Shown here piece by piece: positions 36,681-46,133 of a stretch of DNA of 64,000 nucleotides. The position numbers and the translations under genes were made by a program. This DNA is from an uncultured Rickettsia sp. (GTDB taxonomy: Bacteria; Pseudomonadota; Alphaproteobacteria; Rickettsiales; UBA1997). The DNA is taken from NCBI GenBank assembly GCA_964505265.1, contig CAZDGN010000001.1:22767-86766 (forward strand). Reading direction: 5' to 3'. Numbering within the stretch: the stretch's first letter is position 1; every line of letters starts with the position of its first letter. A model generated the notes under the pieces. The model saw only the letters and a program-made list of their open reading frames with translations, had not been told where the DNA came from and searched no databases.

Positions 36681-36744
36681 TCTAATTTTGCCAAAGGAAA
36701 ATTTTTAATTGAGTAAGAGGGGGGTGGTAATACCGCTAATTTTG
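36661..36744. repeat. Two imperfect direct copies of a G-rich ~30-nt motif, ~56 nt apart
   Basis: Copy 1 is gaggggagggtgataatacctctaattttg (36661-36690). Copy 2 is gaggggggtggtaataccgctaattttg (36717-44). Copy 1 is the right arm of the hairpin, while copy 2 has no left arm. Confidence 0.6.
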
Positions 36745-36853
36745 AATGGAAAAATCTTATTTTATCGTATTAGATGTGGCTGATTATGCCGTCAAAAAAA
36801 TATATAAATAACAAAATCATAGATTAAATTATTTTTCAAAATAAAATATTTCG

Positions 36854-36944
36854 CTAAAGACTAAATTTATAAAAATTTATTTTATCTTCGATATAAAATA
36901 ATTTTCTAAAGACCGAATTTATTAAAATTGATTTTTTCTTCGAT
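36854..36944 (-). repeat. Tandem 52-bp-period duplication of the sppA 3-prime end
   Basis: 36906-36944 encodes IEEKINFNKFGL-stop, the real sppA end. 36854-36892 is 34/39 identical and would encode IEDKINFYKFSL-stop. Confidence 0.75.
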
Positions 36945-37781
36945 TTTGTAAAATAAATTTTGTAAAAAATAATCATATTTTAATGATGATTTTTCGCTAA
37001 TTAAGCCTTTGATAAAAGATTTTTTTGGAGTTATTTCAATAAACTCAACCTTATCCCCGAATTTTTCTTGCATTTTAGCTCTTAAATCGCTTATTCCGTC
37101 GATTAATCCAAGTTTGTGTGCGGTGGAACCTGCCCAAAAAGCTCCTGTAAATAATTCATCTTCGCTTTTAGTTAATTTGTCTTTGCGAGAGATGCGAACG
37201 ATATTTTTGAAATGTTCGTAAATATCTTTCTGTGCTTCCTTTAAAATTTCAATATTTTCACTTTGTTCGGGCAGAAACGGATCAAGAATTGCCTTGTTTT
37301 TACCCTCGGTGTAAATTCTTCTTTCAACTCCAATTTTTTTGATTAAATCAACAAAGCCAAAACTGGAAAATATAACACCAATTGAACCAATTATTGAGGA
37401 ATTATGTGCATAAATTTCATCTCCACTAAGAAGTAAAAAATACCCACCCGAAGCACAGACGTCTTGGGCAAAGCTATAAACTGGAATATGGTTTTTTTTG
37501 GATAATTCACGAATTAAATTGTAAATTAATTCCGATTGAACGGGGGAGCCTCCGGGGGAGTTTATTGCTAAAGCGACGGCAGAAATTTTTTTGCTGGTAA
37601 ATGCTTTTGTAATTAATGGCAAATAATTATTAAAATTAATTCCTTGTTCAAACTTCGAGTCTTTGCCGATGATGCCGCTTAAATTTAAAACTGCGACTTT
37701 TGGGGTTTTTTGATAAAATTTTTTAATAAATTTGCTAAAACAGCAATTTGATTCATTGCTACATTTCTTGTTCTGGTTCAT
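36906..37781 (-). CDS. sppA: Signal peptide peptidase SppA, 36K type (S49 family)
   Basis: AINSPGGSPVQSELI, the catalytic Ser region VCASGGYFLL, and SIGVI are S49 blocks. 291 aa. Confidence 0.85.
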   Translation of the reverse strand: MNQNKKCSNESNCCFSKFIKKFYQKTPKVAVLNLSGIIGKDSKFEQGINFNNYLPLITKAFTSKKISAVALAINSPGGSPVQSELIYNLIRELSKKNHIPVYSFAQDVCASGGYFLLLSGDEIYAHNSSIIGSIGVIFSSFGFVDLIKKIGVERRIYTEGKNKAILDPFLPEQSENIEILKEAQKDIYEHFKNIVRISRKDKLTKSEDELFTGAFWAGSTAHKLGLIDGISDLRAKMQEKFGDKVEFIEITPKKSFIKGLISEKSSLKYDYFLQNLFYKIEEKINFNKFGL

Positions 37782-39078
37782 TGGATTTTTTATATAAGAT
37801 TGATAATTCTTTTAACCTAAAATTTTTGTTTAAAATTTTATTGAGATAATTTAAAAACCAAAAGGTTATGAAAATTATTAAAATAAAGGTGCATGAATGC
37901 CACAAGCCTCGATAGCCGTAGAATTTCATAAAATTACCTGTGGTTAATAATCCAAAAATAACACCAATAAGGGCAACGCGGGTGAAGGCGCTATTGACCA
38001 TTAATCTCTGGGTAGATTTGTATTTTTCGTTGATTAAGACTAGGGTTGGAAGTTTCATGCCCGATATTACGGAAAATAATAAAAAGAATAAAATGTTGAT
38101 ATTTTCTTTATCACTATAATAATTTATTAAGTAAATGATGTAGAGCGATAAAATTGCAGAAAAAATTATAATGAACCTGCGGTTAAAAAAATTACATAAA
38201 ATACCAAGTGGAATATAAAAAACTGTACCAAATAACAGGGCAGAAAGAAGCATCGAGGCTTCACTTTTAGACATGCCAGATTTTATGCCATAAATTACAC
38301 AAAATGCACTGCAAGATGCCATAATATAGCTAAAAGTAAAACCAGAAAAGAATATTTTTGGTGAATTAAAAATATATCGCCAAATTGCAATGTTTTTTTG
38401 CTCGCGTATTATTGAATCGGCTTTTTTTAAACGAATTAAGGGGAGGGAAGAGATGGCAAATAAAAAACTAGCAAGCAAGAAGCTATAAATTTTATCTTCA
38501 GTTTTTATTAAATTTATTAACATAGCTCCAAACCCATTACCAAAGGCAACTAAGGTGATTCCAATGGAAATGATGATGGAGCGAATTTTTGGAGGAGATC
38601 TATCAATCATTAATGTATTTCTTGTTACCGAAGAGGTAAAAAGAGAGGTTCCAAGACAGTAAATTATTGCCAGCCATATTGGAAAATTAATAAATTTAAA
38701 TAATGATAAACAGCAAATTGAGGCAAGCAGACTTGATAATACAATACTTTTGATGATACCAATTTTTTTACCAAAAGATGGTAAAAATCTTGAAAAAACA
38801 ACACCCGCACCTATTTGTACTATTGTTGAAATGGCGATTAAGGCTTCATTTTTTATATTAGCTTCAAGGCGAATTGCAATTAAAACCATCATTATTCCAT
38901 AGGCTAAAGCCGATAAAAAAATCGATGAAAAAATCGCAAGTAAATCTTTAATAAAATTAAGATTTATCGTAATATTTTGATTTTCATCAATTTTTTTTAT
39001 TGGAATTGGGTTGAAACCAAATGAGGTGTAGTCATAGCTTCGAGAATTATTTTGATTGTTTCGAAAATAAATTAGCAT
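37759..39078 (-). CDS. MFS-type transporter
   Basis: 439 aa with about 12 hydrophobic helices. The loop SRFLPSFGKKIGIIKS resembles the MFS 2-3 loop motif. There is a 1-nt overlap with the leuC stop and a 23-nt overlap with the sppA start. Confidence 0.6.
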   Translation of the reverse strand: MLIYFRNNQNNSRSYDYTSFGFNPIPIKKIDENQNITINLNFIKDLLAIFSSIFLSALAYGIMMVLIAIRLEANIKNEALIAISTIVQIGAGVVFSRFLPSFGKKIGIIKSIVLSSLLASICCLSLFKFINFPIWLAIIYCLGTSLFTSSVTRNTLMIDRSPPKIRSIIISIGITLVAFGNGFGAMLINLIKTEDKIYSFLLASFLFAISSLPLIRLKKADSIIREQKNIAIWRYIFNSPKIFFSGFTFSYIMASCSAFCVIYGIKSGMSKSEASMLLSALLFGTVFYIPLGILCNFFNRRFIIIFSAILSLYIIYLINYYSDKENINILFFLLFSVISGMKLPTLVLINEKYKSTQRLMVNSAFTRVALIGVIFGLLTTGNFMKFYGYRGLWHSCTFILIIFITFWFLNYLNKILNKNFRLKELSILYKKSNEPEQEM

Positions 39079-40520
39079 TAATTAAGATATTTTCTAACAT
39101 CAGTTAAATGTCCGGTGATTGCTGAAATTCCTGCCATTGCTGGGCTAAGCAAGTGAGTTCTTCCACCTCGACCTTGTCTACCTTCAAAATTTCGATTTGA
39201 AGTTGAAGCGCATCTTTCCTGATTTTCAAGCTTATCGGCATTCATTGCAAGGCACATTGAACAACCAGGTTCTCGCCATTCAAAACCTGCTTCGATGAAG
39301 ATTTTATCGAGACCTTCATTTTCGGCTTGTTCCTTAACTAGTCCTGATCCTGGAACTATCATTGCCAATTTAATATTTTTGGCAACTTTTTTTCCTTTAA
39401 CAACTTTAGCTACATCTCTTAAATCTTCGATGCGACCATTGGTGCAAGAGCCGATAAAGATTTTGTCTAAATAAATTTCTTCAAGCGGGGTGCCTGATTG
39501 CAAGCCCATATATTCAAGCGACCTAGCAACTGCTTGTTGTTTGGATTTGTCACTAAAATCTGATGGAGAAGGGACTTTTGCGGTAATTGGCAAAGTATCT
39601 TCAGGGCTTGTTCCCCATGTGACTTGAGGGGCAATATCTTTGGCATCAATAAAAATTTCTTTATCGAATTTGGCACCTGCATCAGTTTTTAAGGTGCTCC
39701 AAAATTTTACGGCATTATCAAAATCATCATTTTTTGGTGCCATTGGACGATTTTTTAAATAAGCAAAAGTAGTGTTATCTGGAGCAATTAATCCAGCTCT
39801 GGCTCCAGCTTCAATCGACATATTACAAATTGTCATACGACCTTCCATTGATAAATCTTCGATGGCAGAACCAGCATATTCAATAACATACCCTGTGGCA
39901 CCCGCAGTGCCGATTTTGCCAATTATTGCTAAAATTATATCTTTAGCGGTGACCCCAATTCCGATTTTTCCTTCAACTTTAACCAACATGTTTTTAGCTT
40001 TTTGTTGAATTAATGTTTGCGTTGCTAATACATGCTCAACCTCTGATGTGCCAATGCCAAAAGCCAAAGCTCCAAAAGCACCGTGAGTCGAGGTGTGGCT
40101 GTCGCCACAAACAATTACCATTCCGGGTTGGGTAAAGCCTTGTTCGGGGCCTACAATATGAACCACCCCTTGTTTTTTATCATCCAAATCAAAATATTTA
40201 ATACCAAATTCTTTGCAATTATTTTCAAGGGTTTCAACTTGAATTCTTGAGGTTTCATCTTTGATGCCTTTAGTTCCGTTATGGCGATCAGCGGTGGTTG
40301 TTGGAACATTATGGTCGGCAACCGCAAGGTGAGCCTCTTTTCTTCGAGGCTTACGATTTGATATTCTAAGACCTTCAAAAGCTTGTGGCGAAGTGACTTC
40401 ATGAATTAATTGGCGGTCAACATAAATTAAGCTGGAAGAGTTATTGTCATCAACTAAGTGAAGATTCCAAATTTTATCGTAAAGAGTTTGTGGAGTAGAA
40501 TTTTTTAAAGATTGTTGCAT
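39078..40520 (-). CDS. leuC: 3-isopropylmalate dehydratase large subunit
   Basis: [74 protein letters not shown]. These aconitase-family LeuC blocks are all present. Confidence 0.93.
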   Translation of the reverse strand: MQQSLKNSTPQTLYDKIWNLHLVDDNNSSSLIYVDRQLIHEVTSPQAFEGLRISNRKPRRKEAHLAVADHNVPTTTADRHNGTKGIKDETSRIQVETLENNCKEFGIKYFDLDDKKQGVVHIVGPEQGFTQPGMVIVCGDSHTSTHGAFGALAFGIGTSEVEHVLATQTLIQQKAKNMLVKVEGKIGIGVTAKDIILAIIGKIGTAGATGYVIEYAGSAIEDLSMEGRMTICNMSIEAGARAGLIAPDNTTFAYLKNRPMAPKNDDFDNAVKFWSTLKTDAGAKFDKEIFIDAKDIAPQVTWGTSPEDTLPITAKVPSPSDFSDKSKQQAVARSLEYMGLQSGTPLEEIYLDKIFIGSCTNGRIEDLRDVAKVVKGKKVAKNIKLAMIVPGSGLVKEQAENEGLDKIFIEAGFEWREPGCSMCLAMNADKLENQERCASTSNRNFEGRQGRGGRTHLLSPAMAGISAITGHLTDVRKYLN

Positions 40521-40655
40521 TGTAATATTATAGGTTATTTGATTAATCCTTTTTAAATTCTAATTTAAAATAATTTAAAATCAATTTTAAATATTTAAAA
40601 ATTAATTAATAAAATTATAATTTAAAAAATTTTACTTAAGTTAATAATTTTATTT

Positions 40656-41465
40656 ATGAATATTTTATTTTTAGGCGATGTAGTTGGTGGCAATGCTCGG
40701 CGTTATATTTGTCAAAATTTATCTGCAATCAAAATGCAATATAACATCGATTTTTGTATAGTAAATGTTGATAATGCTTCTGGTGGTTTTGGTATCGCTC
40801 CAAATTGTGCTAAGGATTTTTTAAATTCTGGAGCAGATGTTTTAACAGGTGGGGACCATATTTGGGATCATCGAGAGGTTAATATTTTGTTAAATCAGGA
40901 TCGTAGATTGTTGCGTCCACAAAATTTTCCAAAATCAGCGCCAGGAACTGGTTTTCAAGTGTTTTTGGGTAGCGGTGAAAAGAAATATTTGGTGATTCAT
41001 TTAATGGGTCAGGTTTTCATGAAATATAATGTAAATTGTCCATTTGAAACCGCGGAAGAGATTCTAAAAAACTATCGATTGGGGCAGAATATTGATGCTA
41101 TTTTTGTAGATTTTCATGCTGAAGCTACATCGGAAAAAATGGCGATGGCTAAATTTCTTGATGGCAAAGTTTCGGCAATAATTGGCTCCCATACTCATAT
41201 TCCGACTAATGATTGCCATATTATGAAATTTGGAAGTGCTTATCAGACTGATGCTGGAATGTGCGGAGATTATGATTCAGTGATTGGAATGGATAAAAAC
41301 ACGCCAATCCAAACTTTTTTACATAAAAGAAAAATGGATAAAATGGAGCCAGCAAAAGGTGAGGTAACCATTTGTGGGGCGGTAATAGAGGTTGAAAATA
41401 AAACTGGACTTGCTCACAAAATTTTTCCAATTAAAATTGGTGGTGTTTTGGCTTTGAACAATTAA
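40656..41465 (+). CDS. YmdB-like metallophosphoesterase (TIGR00282 family)
   Basis: MNILFLGDVVG, NVDNASGGFGI, GADVLTGGDHIWD, DFHAEATSEK, GSHTHIPTND. These are calcineurin-like metal ligand blocks in YmdB order. Confidence 0.85.
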   Translation: MNILFLGDVVGGNARRYICQNLSAIKMQYNIDFCIVNVDNASGGFGIAPNCAKDFLNSGADVLTGGDHIWDHREVNILLNQDRRLLRPQNFPKSAPGTGFQVFLGSGEKKYLVIHLMGQVFMKYNVNCPFETAEEILKNYRLGQNIDAIFVDFHAEATSEKMAMAKFLDGKVSAIIGSHTHIPTNDCHIMKFGSAYQTDAGMCGDYDSVIGMDKNTPIQTFLHKRKMDKMEPAKGEVTICGAVIEVENKTGLAHKIFPIKIGGVLALNN

Positions 41466-41540
41466 TCGGGTCATAAAATTATCTTATAAGTAAAACTTAT
41501 GATTTTACTGTTATTAATAAATTAAACTTATTAAAAAAAT

Positions 41541-42287
41541 ATGGCAGGACATTCGCAATTTGCAAATATTAAGCATCGTAAAGGCGCTCAAGATGCCAAA
41601 AAAGCAAAATTATTTACTAAAATTATCCGTGAAGTAACGGTTGCCGCCAAAACTGGGCAAATCGATCCAGAATTTAATCCAAGACTCAGAAACGCCATTA
41701 TTGAAGCTAGAATCAATAATATGCCTAAAGATAGAATTGATAATGCCATAAAAAAAGTAATTGCTGGGGCTGATAATTCTAATTATGAAGAAATGCGCTA
41801 CGAGGGATACTCTCCAGGTGGAGTTGCCATTATCGTGGAGGCATTGACCGATAATCGGAATAGAACGGCAAGTGAAGTAAGGAGTATTTTTACCAAAATG
41901 GGTGGGGCTCTTGGTGAGACTGGCTCAGTGAATTTTATGTTTGACAAGCTTGGAATCATTAAATTTGCTAATAATATTGCTAATCAAGATGATTTTTTTG
42001 AATTAGCAATTGATTTTGGTGCTGATGATGTGATTTTTGATGGTGATTTATACATTGCCATCACTCAAATTGAAAATTTTATTCAAGTTCGTGATAATTT
42101 GATTAAAAAATATGGCGATGCTTTATCGGCTAAAATTGAATGGAAAGCTAAAAATTTAATTGAAATTGCCGATTTGGATTTGGCACAAAAAATCTTGAAA
42201 ATGGTTGATTTACTTGAAGATTGCGATGATGTACAAAATGTAACTGGAAATTATAGTTTCAGCAATGATATTGCAGACAAATTATAA
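41541..42287 (+). CDS. yebC: YebC/PmpR family DNA-binding regulator
   Basis: MAGHSQFANIKHRKGAQDAKKAKLFTK and RLRNAIIEARINNMPKD are the hallmark YebC N-terminus. Confidence 0.92.
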   Translation: MAGHSQFANIKHRKGAQDAKKAKLFTKIIREVTVAAKTGQIDPEFNPRLRNAIIEARINNMPKDRIDNAIKKVIAGADNSNYEEMRYEGYSPGGVAIIVEALTDNRNRTASEVRSIFTKMGGALGETGSVNFMFDKLGIIKFANNIANQDDFFELAIDFGADDVIFDGDLYIAITQIENFIQVRDNLIKKYGDALSAKIEWKAKNLIEIADLDLAQKILKMVDLLEDCDDVQNVTGNYSFSNDIADKL

Positions 42288-42353
42288 ATTATTTTTATTT
42301 TCTTAAATTGTATTCCACTGCCAAATGAAATTAGGTTTATTAAAAAAAATTTA

Positions 42354-43091
42354 TTAAATTTTTTTACAAAAATTTTCACCAATACGTTTTTGATTTTTAA
42401 GATAAAAACAATATGAGATTATTGAACTTTCCAATAAAGACTCGGCATTTCTTCCGACTTCTTCGATATTTTTATTAACAGCTTGTTGTAAATTATAATT
42501 TTTAAAAAGTAAACGATAAGTTGCTGAAATCACTCCAGTTCTGTCGCGACCTGCATTGCAATGAACATAAATTACAATTGGCTTGTTGCTTTTGGTTTTT
42601 AAAGTTTGATTGATGTGGGTTAGTAACTTGGTTAATTCTAAGTGATAATTATTGGTAATTTCATAGGCAATTTTATATTCGTAAAAAGGTGTTGCTAGCA
42701 ATGCTGGCGATATTTCAGAAAAATTTTCAACTTTTCCAATATTTGGATATTTTTTAAAAAAATCTCGCTCTTTTTGAATTTCAAAATAATGATCTACATT
42801 TAATAAGCTAATAACAATTAAATAAAAATCTTTAAGTTCTGAAATATTTTGCGACCTCAAATTTTGATTTACCGCATTTTTGATTTGGAGATATGAAAAT
42901 TCTGGTTCGCCATAAATATTTTGAAATGGATTACTCCCACGAAATAAATAATTATTTTCAAAATTATCGATTAAATTAACACGATTTGCATTAAATTCTT
43001 TGGGTTTTTTTTGTAGTAAAAAAAATAATAAGGTTGAAAAAATTAAAGCAAAAAAAAGTAAAATTGACCATTTTTTTATTGCTATTTTCAT
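42354..43091 (-). CDS. Membrane-anchored Cys-based (CX5R) phosphatase with an MptpB / Y_phosphatase3-like P-loop
   Basis: N-terminal signal anchor WSILLFFALIFSTLLFFLL. P-loop VHCNAGRDRTGV (compare HCFAGKDRTG in M. tuberculosis MptpB and HCKAGKGRTG in PTEN). ATGA overlap with the upstream EptA-like gene. Confidence 0.65.
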   Translation of the reverse strand: MKIAIKKWSILLFFALIFSTLLFFLLQKKPKEFNANRVNLIDNFENNYLFRGSNPFQNIYGEPEFSYLQIKNAVNQNLRSQNISELKDFYLIVISLLNVDHYFEIQKERDFFKKYPNIGKVENFSEISPALLATPFYEYKIAYEITNNYHLELTKLLTHINQTLKTKSNKPIVIYVHCNAGRDRTGVISATYRLLFKNYNLQQAVNKNIEEVGRNAESLLESSIISYCFYLKNQKRIGENFCKKI

Positions 43092-44632
43092 AATTTTTCA
43101 ATGAAACTTAAATTCTTATCAGCAACTTTGGTTTCAACATTAAGCAAATATAAAATAGTATCAAAAATTTGGGTTTGCGGATATTCATCTTGCTTTTTTA
43201 TTTTAATTGGAATTGAGGTTTTTACTAAAAGCGGAATTCGTGCTTGTTCCTCTGGCAATGGTATGCCTGGAGGGGTTCCGTGAAAAATTCTACCATCTTC
43301 AAGTAAAGATTCGCCGTGGTCAGATAAGTAAAATAACACATATTTTTTCTTAGAATTTTCTAGTGTTTTGATAATGCCATCAACCACATAATCAACATAT
43401 AAAATTGTGTTATCAAAAGTGTTAAACAACTCTTCTTTAGAGCATTTATTGATAACATCGGCATCTTTACAAATTGGTGTAAATTTTTGAAATTCTTCGG
43501 GGTAGCGTTCGTGATATGATGGGCCATGGCTACCTCCACCAATATGTAAAACCACAAATTTAGCTCCATTTTGAGGTTTTTCAAGTTCGGTTTTTAAATA
43601 TGGAATTACATCTTCGTCATAACATAATTTGCCATATTTGCAATTTTCAACCTTAATTTCTCCCGGAATTGCACAATTATCGTAAAGAGAATAATTAACA
43701 TAACAGCTGGTTGGAACTTTGGCAAAATGAGTGACCGCAGTGAGCGGAACATCTTCCTTGGTTAAAATTTCGGGTAGGGCATAAAGTGTTGACCCAAGTC
43801 GAGCCTTGCCATTAAGGATTTTGAGGTCGGAATATTTTGATAAAAGCGGGTTGGTGTTTCTTTCGTAACCATAAAGACTAAAATTTTTTTGCCTTGAAGT
43901 TTCGCCAATTGCTAAAACTACCGTAATATCTTCAGCCTTTGATATTGAGCTTTCAACAACAATATTTTTTGCCTTATTTTCAAAAATTGGCTTAAGATAA
44001 ATATGGTTGATAACGCTAAAACCACTGCGAATATAGTTTAGGGGCATAACTATATAAATAATTCTTTTACGTGATAAATTACCAGCTCGATGTAAAGTTT
44101 GGAATTTGCCGTAGCCAAAAACAACGCAAGTTATGACGAGGATAAGAATTATAATTAATGATTTTAAAAAATATTTTTTTGGATAAGTTATTTCTAGTTT
44201 TAAAATTATAATGCTTGGCACAATAAAGCCTAGAAAAAAATAAATAATCATTTGCTTTGAAAGTAAAGAGTGAACTTCAGATCTATCAGTATATATCGCA
44301 TTCATAACCATTGTTCTATCAATCAAGACATCATATTTATTGATAAAATAAAGCACCAAACTACTTAAAAAACATAATAAAATTGCTAAAAACTTGGTAG
44401 TTTTTTTATGAAAAATTAAAAGCAAAAATAAAATAAAAATTGCCAAAGCTAAATAAAAAAATACCGCTAAACCCAAGTAATCAGTTTGATTATTAAATAA
44501 AAAATACGGAGTGAATTTATTTAGGTTAAAACTATTGCAAAGAAAAAACATTAGGCTTGCAAAGCCAAAAATAAAGGTAAAATAGTTAATTTTAATTTTT
44601 GATTTTATTAATTTTAAACAAAGATTTTTCAT
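43088..44632 (-). CDS. Phosphoethanolamine transferase (EptA/CptA-like, sulfatase-fold)
   Basis: Five N-terminal hydrophobic helices, then VVLAIGETSRQKNFSLYGYERNTNPLL (catalytic Thr motif GETxR) and LHIGGGSHGPSYHERYP, SDHGESL. Confidence 0.85.
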   Translation of the reverse strand: MKNLCLKLIKSKIKINYFTFIFGFASLMFFLCNSFNLNKFTPYFLFNNQTDYLGLAVFFYLALAIFILFLLLIFHKKTTKFLAILLCFLSSLVLYFINKYDVLIDRTMVMNAIYTDRSEVHSLLSKQMIIYFFLGFIVPSIIILKLEITYPKKYFLKSLIIILILVITCVVFGYGKFQTLHRAGNLSRKRIIYIVMPLNYIRSGFSVINHIYLKPIFENKAKNIVVESSISKAEDITVVLAIGETSRQKNFSLYGYERNTNPLLSKYSDLKILNGKARLGSTLYALPEILTKEDVPLTAVTHFAKVPTSCYVNYSLYDNCAIPGEIKVENCKYGKLCYDEDVIPYLKTELEKPQNGAKFVVLHIGGGSHGPSYHERYPEEFQKFTPICKDADVINKCSKEELFNTFDNTILYVDYVVDGIIKTLENSKKKYVLFYLSDHGESLLEDGRIFHGTPPGIPLPEEQARIPLLVKTSIPIKIKKQDEYPQTQIFDTILYLLNVETKVADKNLSFIEKL

Positions 44633-44633
44633 A

Positions 44634-45137
44634 TTATTTACATATTTGTTTCATTCTTTTGTATGCCTTGGCGATCCCTTTTAAATTATATTCATCGATA
44701 GAAAAAGTTCCAATTGCCGAGTCGCTTCTAACTTTGGCTAATCTTGATGAAAGCAGGGTCTCTACAATTCTAATGTCATCTGCTCGAGTTTTTGCCCAAG
44801 CAAAATCGATTTTGGTTTTTAAACGAAATTGTTGATTATCAATAAGTAATAATAGGTGGCTATTAATTTTATAATCAAAACCTCCAAAAATACTTACCTC
44901 TTCCGATCTTTCTCGTTGATAACGAGTAATCATTAAAAAAGGCTGTTTTCGAGCGGTGTCATTAGTGTCGGATTTGCTTGGATAATTAACAATATAACAT
45001 TTTTTAAAATCTGGATCGGTTTCATCGGCAATTTCAAAAATTTTCCAATTGTAAAAATTACTATCAAGGGTTTGTGCTTGAAGATTATGATTAATAAAAA
45101 AAATGAAAATTAAAAATAGAAATTTTATTTTAAACAT
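44634..45137 (-). CDS. Periplasmic IalB-like (invasion-associated locus B family) protein
   Basis: Signal peptide MFKIKFLFLIFIFFINHNLQA. W..F......KKCYIV, then a C-terminal AKVRSDSAIGTFSIDEYNLKGIAKAY resembling the SL.GF..A block of IalB. The assignment rests on pattern only. Confidence 0.4.
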   Translation of the reverse strand: MFKIKFLFLIFIFFINHNLQAQTLDSNFYNWKIFEIADETDPDFKKCYIVNYPSKSDTNDTARKQPFLMITRYQRERSEEVSIFGGFDYKINSHLLLLIDNQQFRLKTKIDFAWAKTRADDIRIVETLLSSRLAKVRSDSAIGTFSIDEYNLKGIAKAYKRMKQICK

Positions 45138-45140
45138 TTT

Positions 45141-46133
45141 TTACGAAATTCTGTTAAGAGAATAATCTAAAATTGTAAATAATTGGTTTTTGTAAATATT
45201 GTTTTCGAAAGATTCTAAATTATTTTTAGCTTGTAAGTATAGTTCAAAAGCCTGTTCTTTGGCTAGTTCTAATCCTTTGGAATCAGTCATAATTTGCAGA
45301 GTTTTTTCAAAGTTGTTCAAATTTTTTTCACTGTTGTTGTAGTTGTTATGAAAAAATTCTTTAATAAGTTTTTTATTATCAAAATCACAATTCTGATAAG
45401 TTTTAATTATTGGTAAAGTAACCTTTCCTTCAAAAAAATCATTGCCTAAATCCTTGCCAAGAGTGGATTGAGAAGATGAATAATCTAAAATATCATCAAT
45501 AATTTGAAAAAGCATTCCTAAATTTTTTCCAAAATTTCGCAATCCATTGACTTGTTCTGTTGGAACCTTGGATAAAATTCCTCCGACTTCACAGCAAGCT
45601 GAAAATAAAGCTCCGGTTTTGCCATAAATAATTTCAAAATATTGCTCTTGTGAAATTTCAATATTTGAGGAATTTTGTAATTGTAAAACTTCTCCATCGG
45701 CAATTATGGAAGAGGTGGTTGCTAATAATTTTAGCACTTCTAAATTTTTGCTTTGCACCATATGTTGAAAGGACAGGGAAAACAAGTAATCGCCAACCAA
45801 AATAGAGGCTTTATTATCAAAAATTGCATTGGCGGTTTTCTTGCCTCTTCGAACTTGGCTTTCGTCAACTACATCGTCGTGCAAAAGGGTTGCGGTATGA
45901 ATTAATTCAACACTTGAAGCTAGTAAATTAGTAATAATTTCATCGTGGTAATTACATAATTTTGCACAAATCATTAGCAAAATTGGACGAATTCTTTTGC
46001 CCCCAGACCCAACTAAATTTTGAGTTATTTCTTGAATTAAATTTGATTTGCCGACACTCGAACTTATAATTATTTTATCAACTTCTAGTAAATCTTTTTG
46101 GTAAATTTTTATTAAATCATTAAAGCTATTCAT
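45141..46133 (-). CDS. ispB: Polyprenyl (octaprenyl-type) diphosphate synthase
   Basis: GGKRIRP, first DDxxD block LLHDDVVDESQVRRGK, second block FQIIDDILD. 330 aa. Confidence 0.88.
   Translation of the reverse strand: MNSFNDLIKIYQKDLLEVDKIIISSSVGKSNLIQEITQNLVGSGGKRIRPILLMICAKLCNYHDEIITNLLASSVELIHTATLLHDDVVDESQVRRGKKTANAIFDNKASILVGDYLFSLSFQHMVQSKNLEVLKLLATTSSIIADGEVLQLQNSSNIEISQEQYFEIIYGKTGALFSACCEVGGILSKVPTEQVNGLRNFGKNLGMLFQIIDDILDYSSSQSTLGKDLGNDFFEGKVTLPIIKTYQNCDFDNKKLIKEFFHNNYNNSEKNLNNFEKTLQIMTDSKGLELAKEQAFELYLQAKNNLESFENNIYKNQLFTILDYSLNRIS

Noticed and set aside
36640-36800. Whether the GC-rich patch in the tsf/sppA spacer is a tRNA, SRP RNA, tmRNA or CRISPR fragment.
   Set aside because: It has no acceptor, D or T arm arrangement and no GTTCRA T-loop. 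It has no SRP domain IV or tmRNA tag motifs. Only two repeat copies are present, with no spacer-repeat periodicity and no cas genes. I kept it as an unexplained hairpin/repeat finding only.
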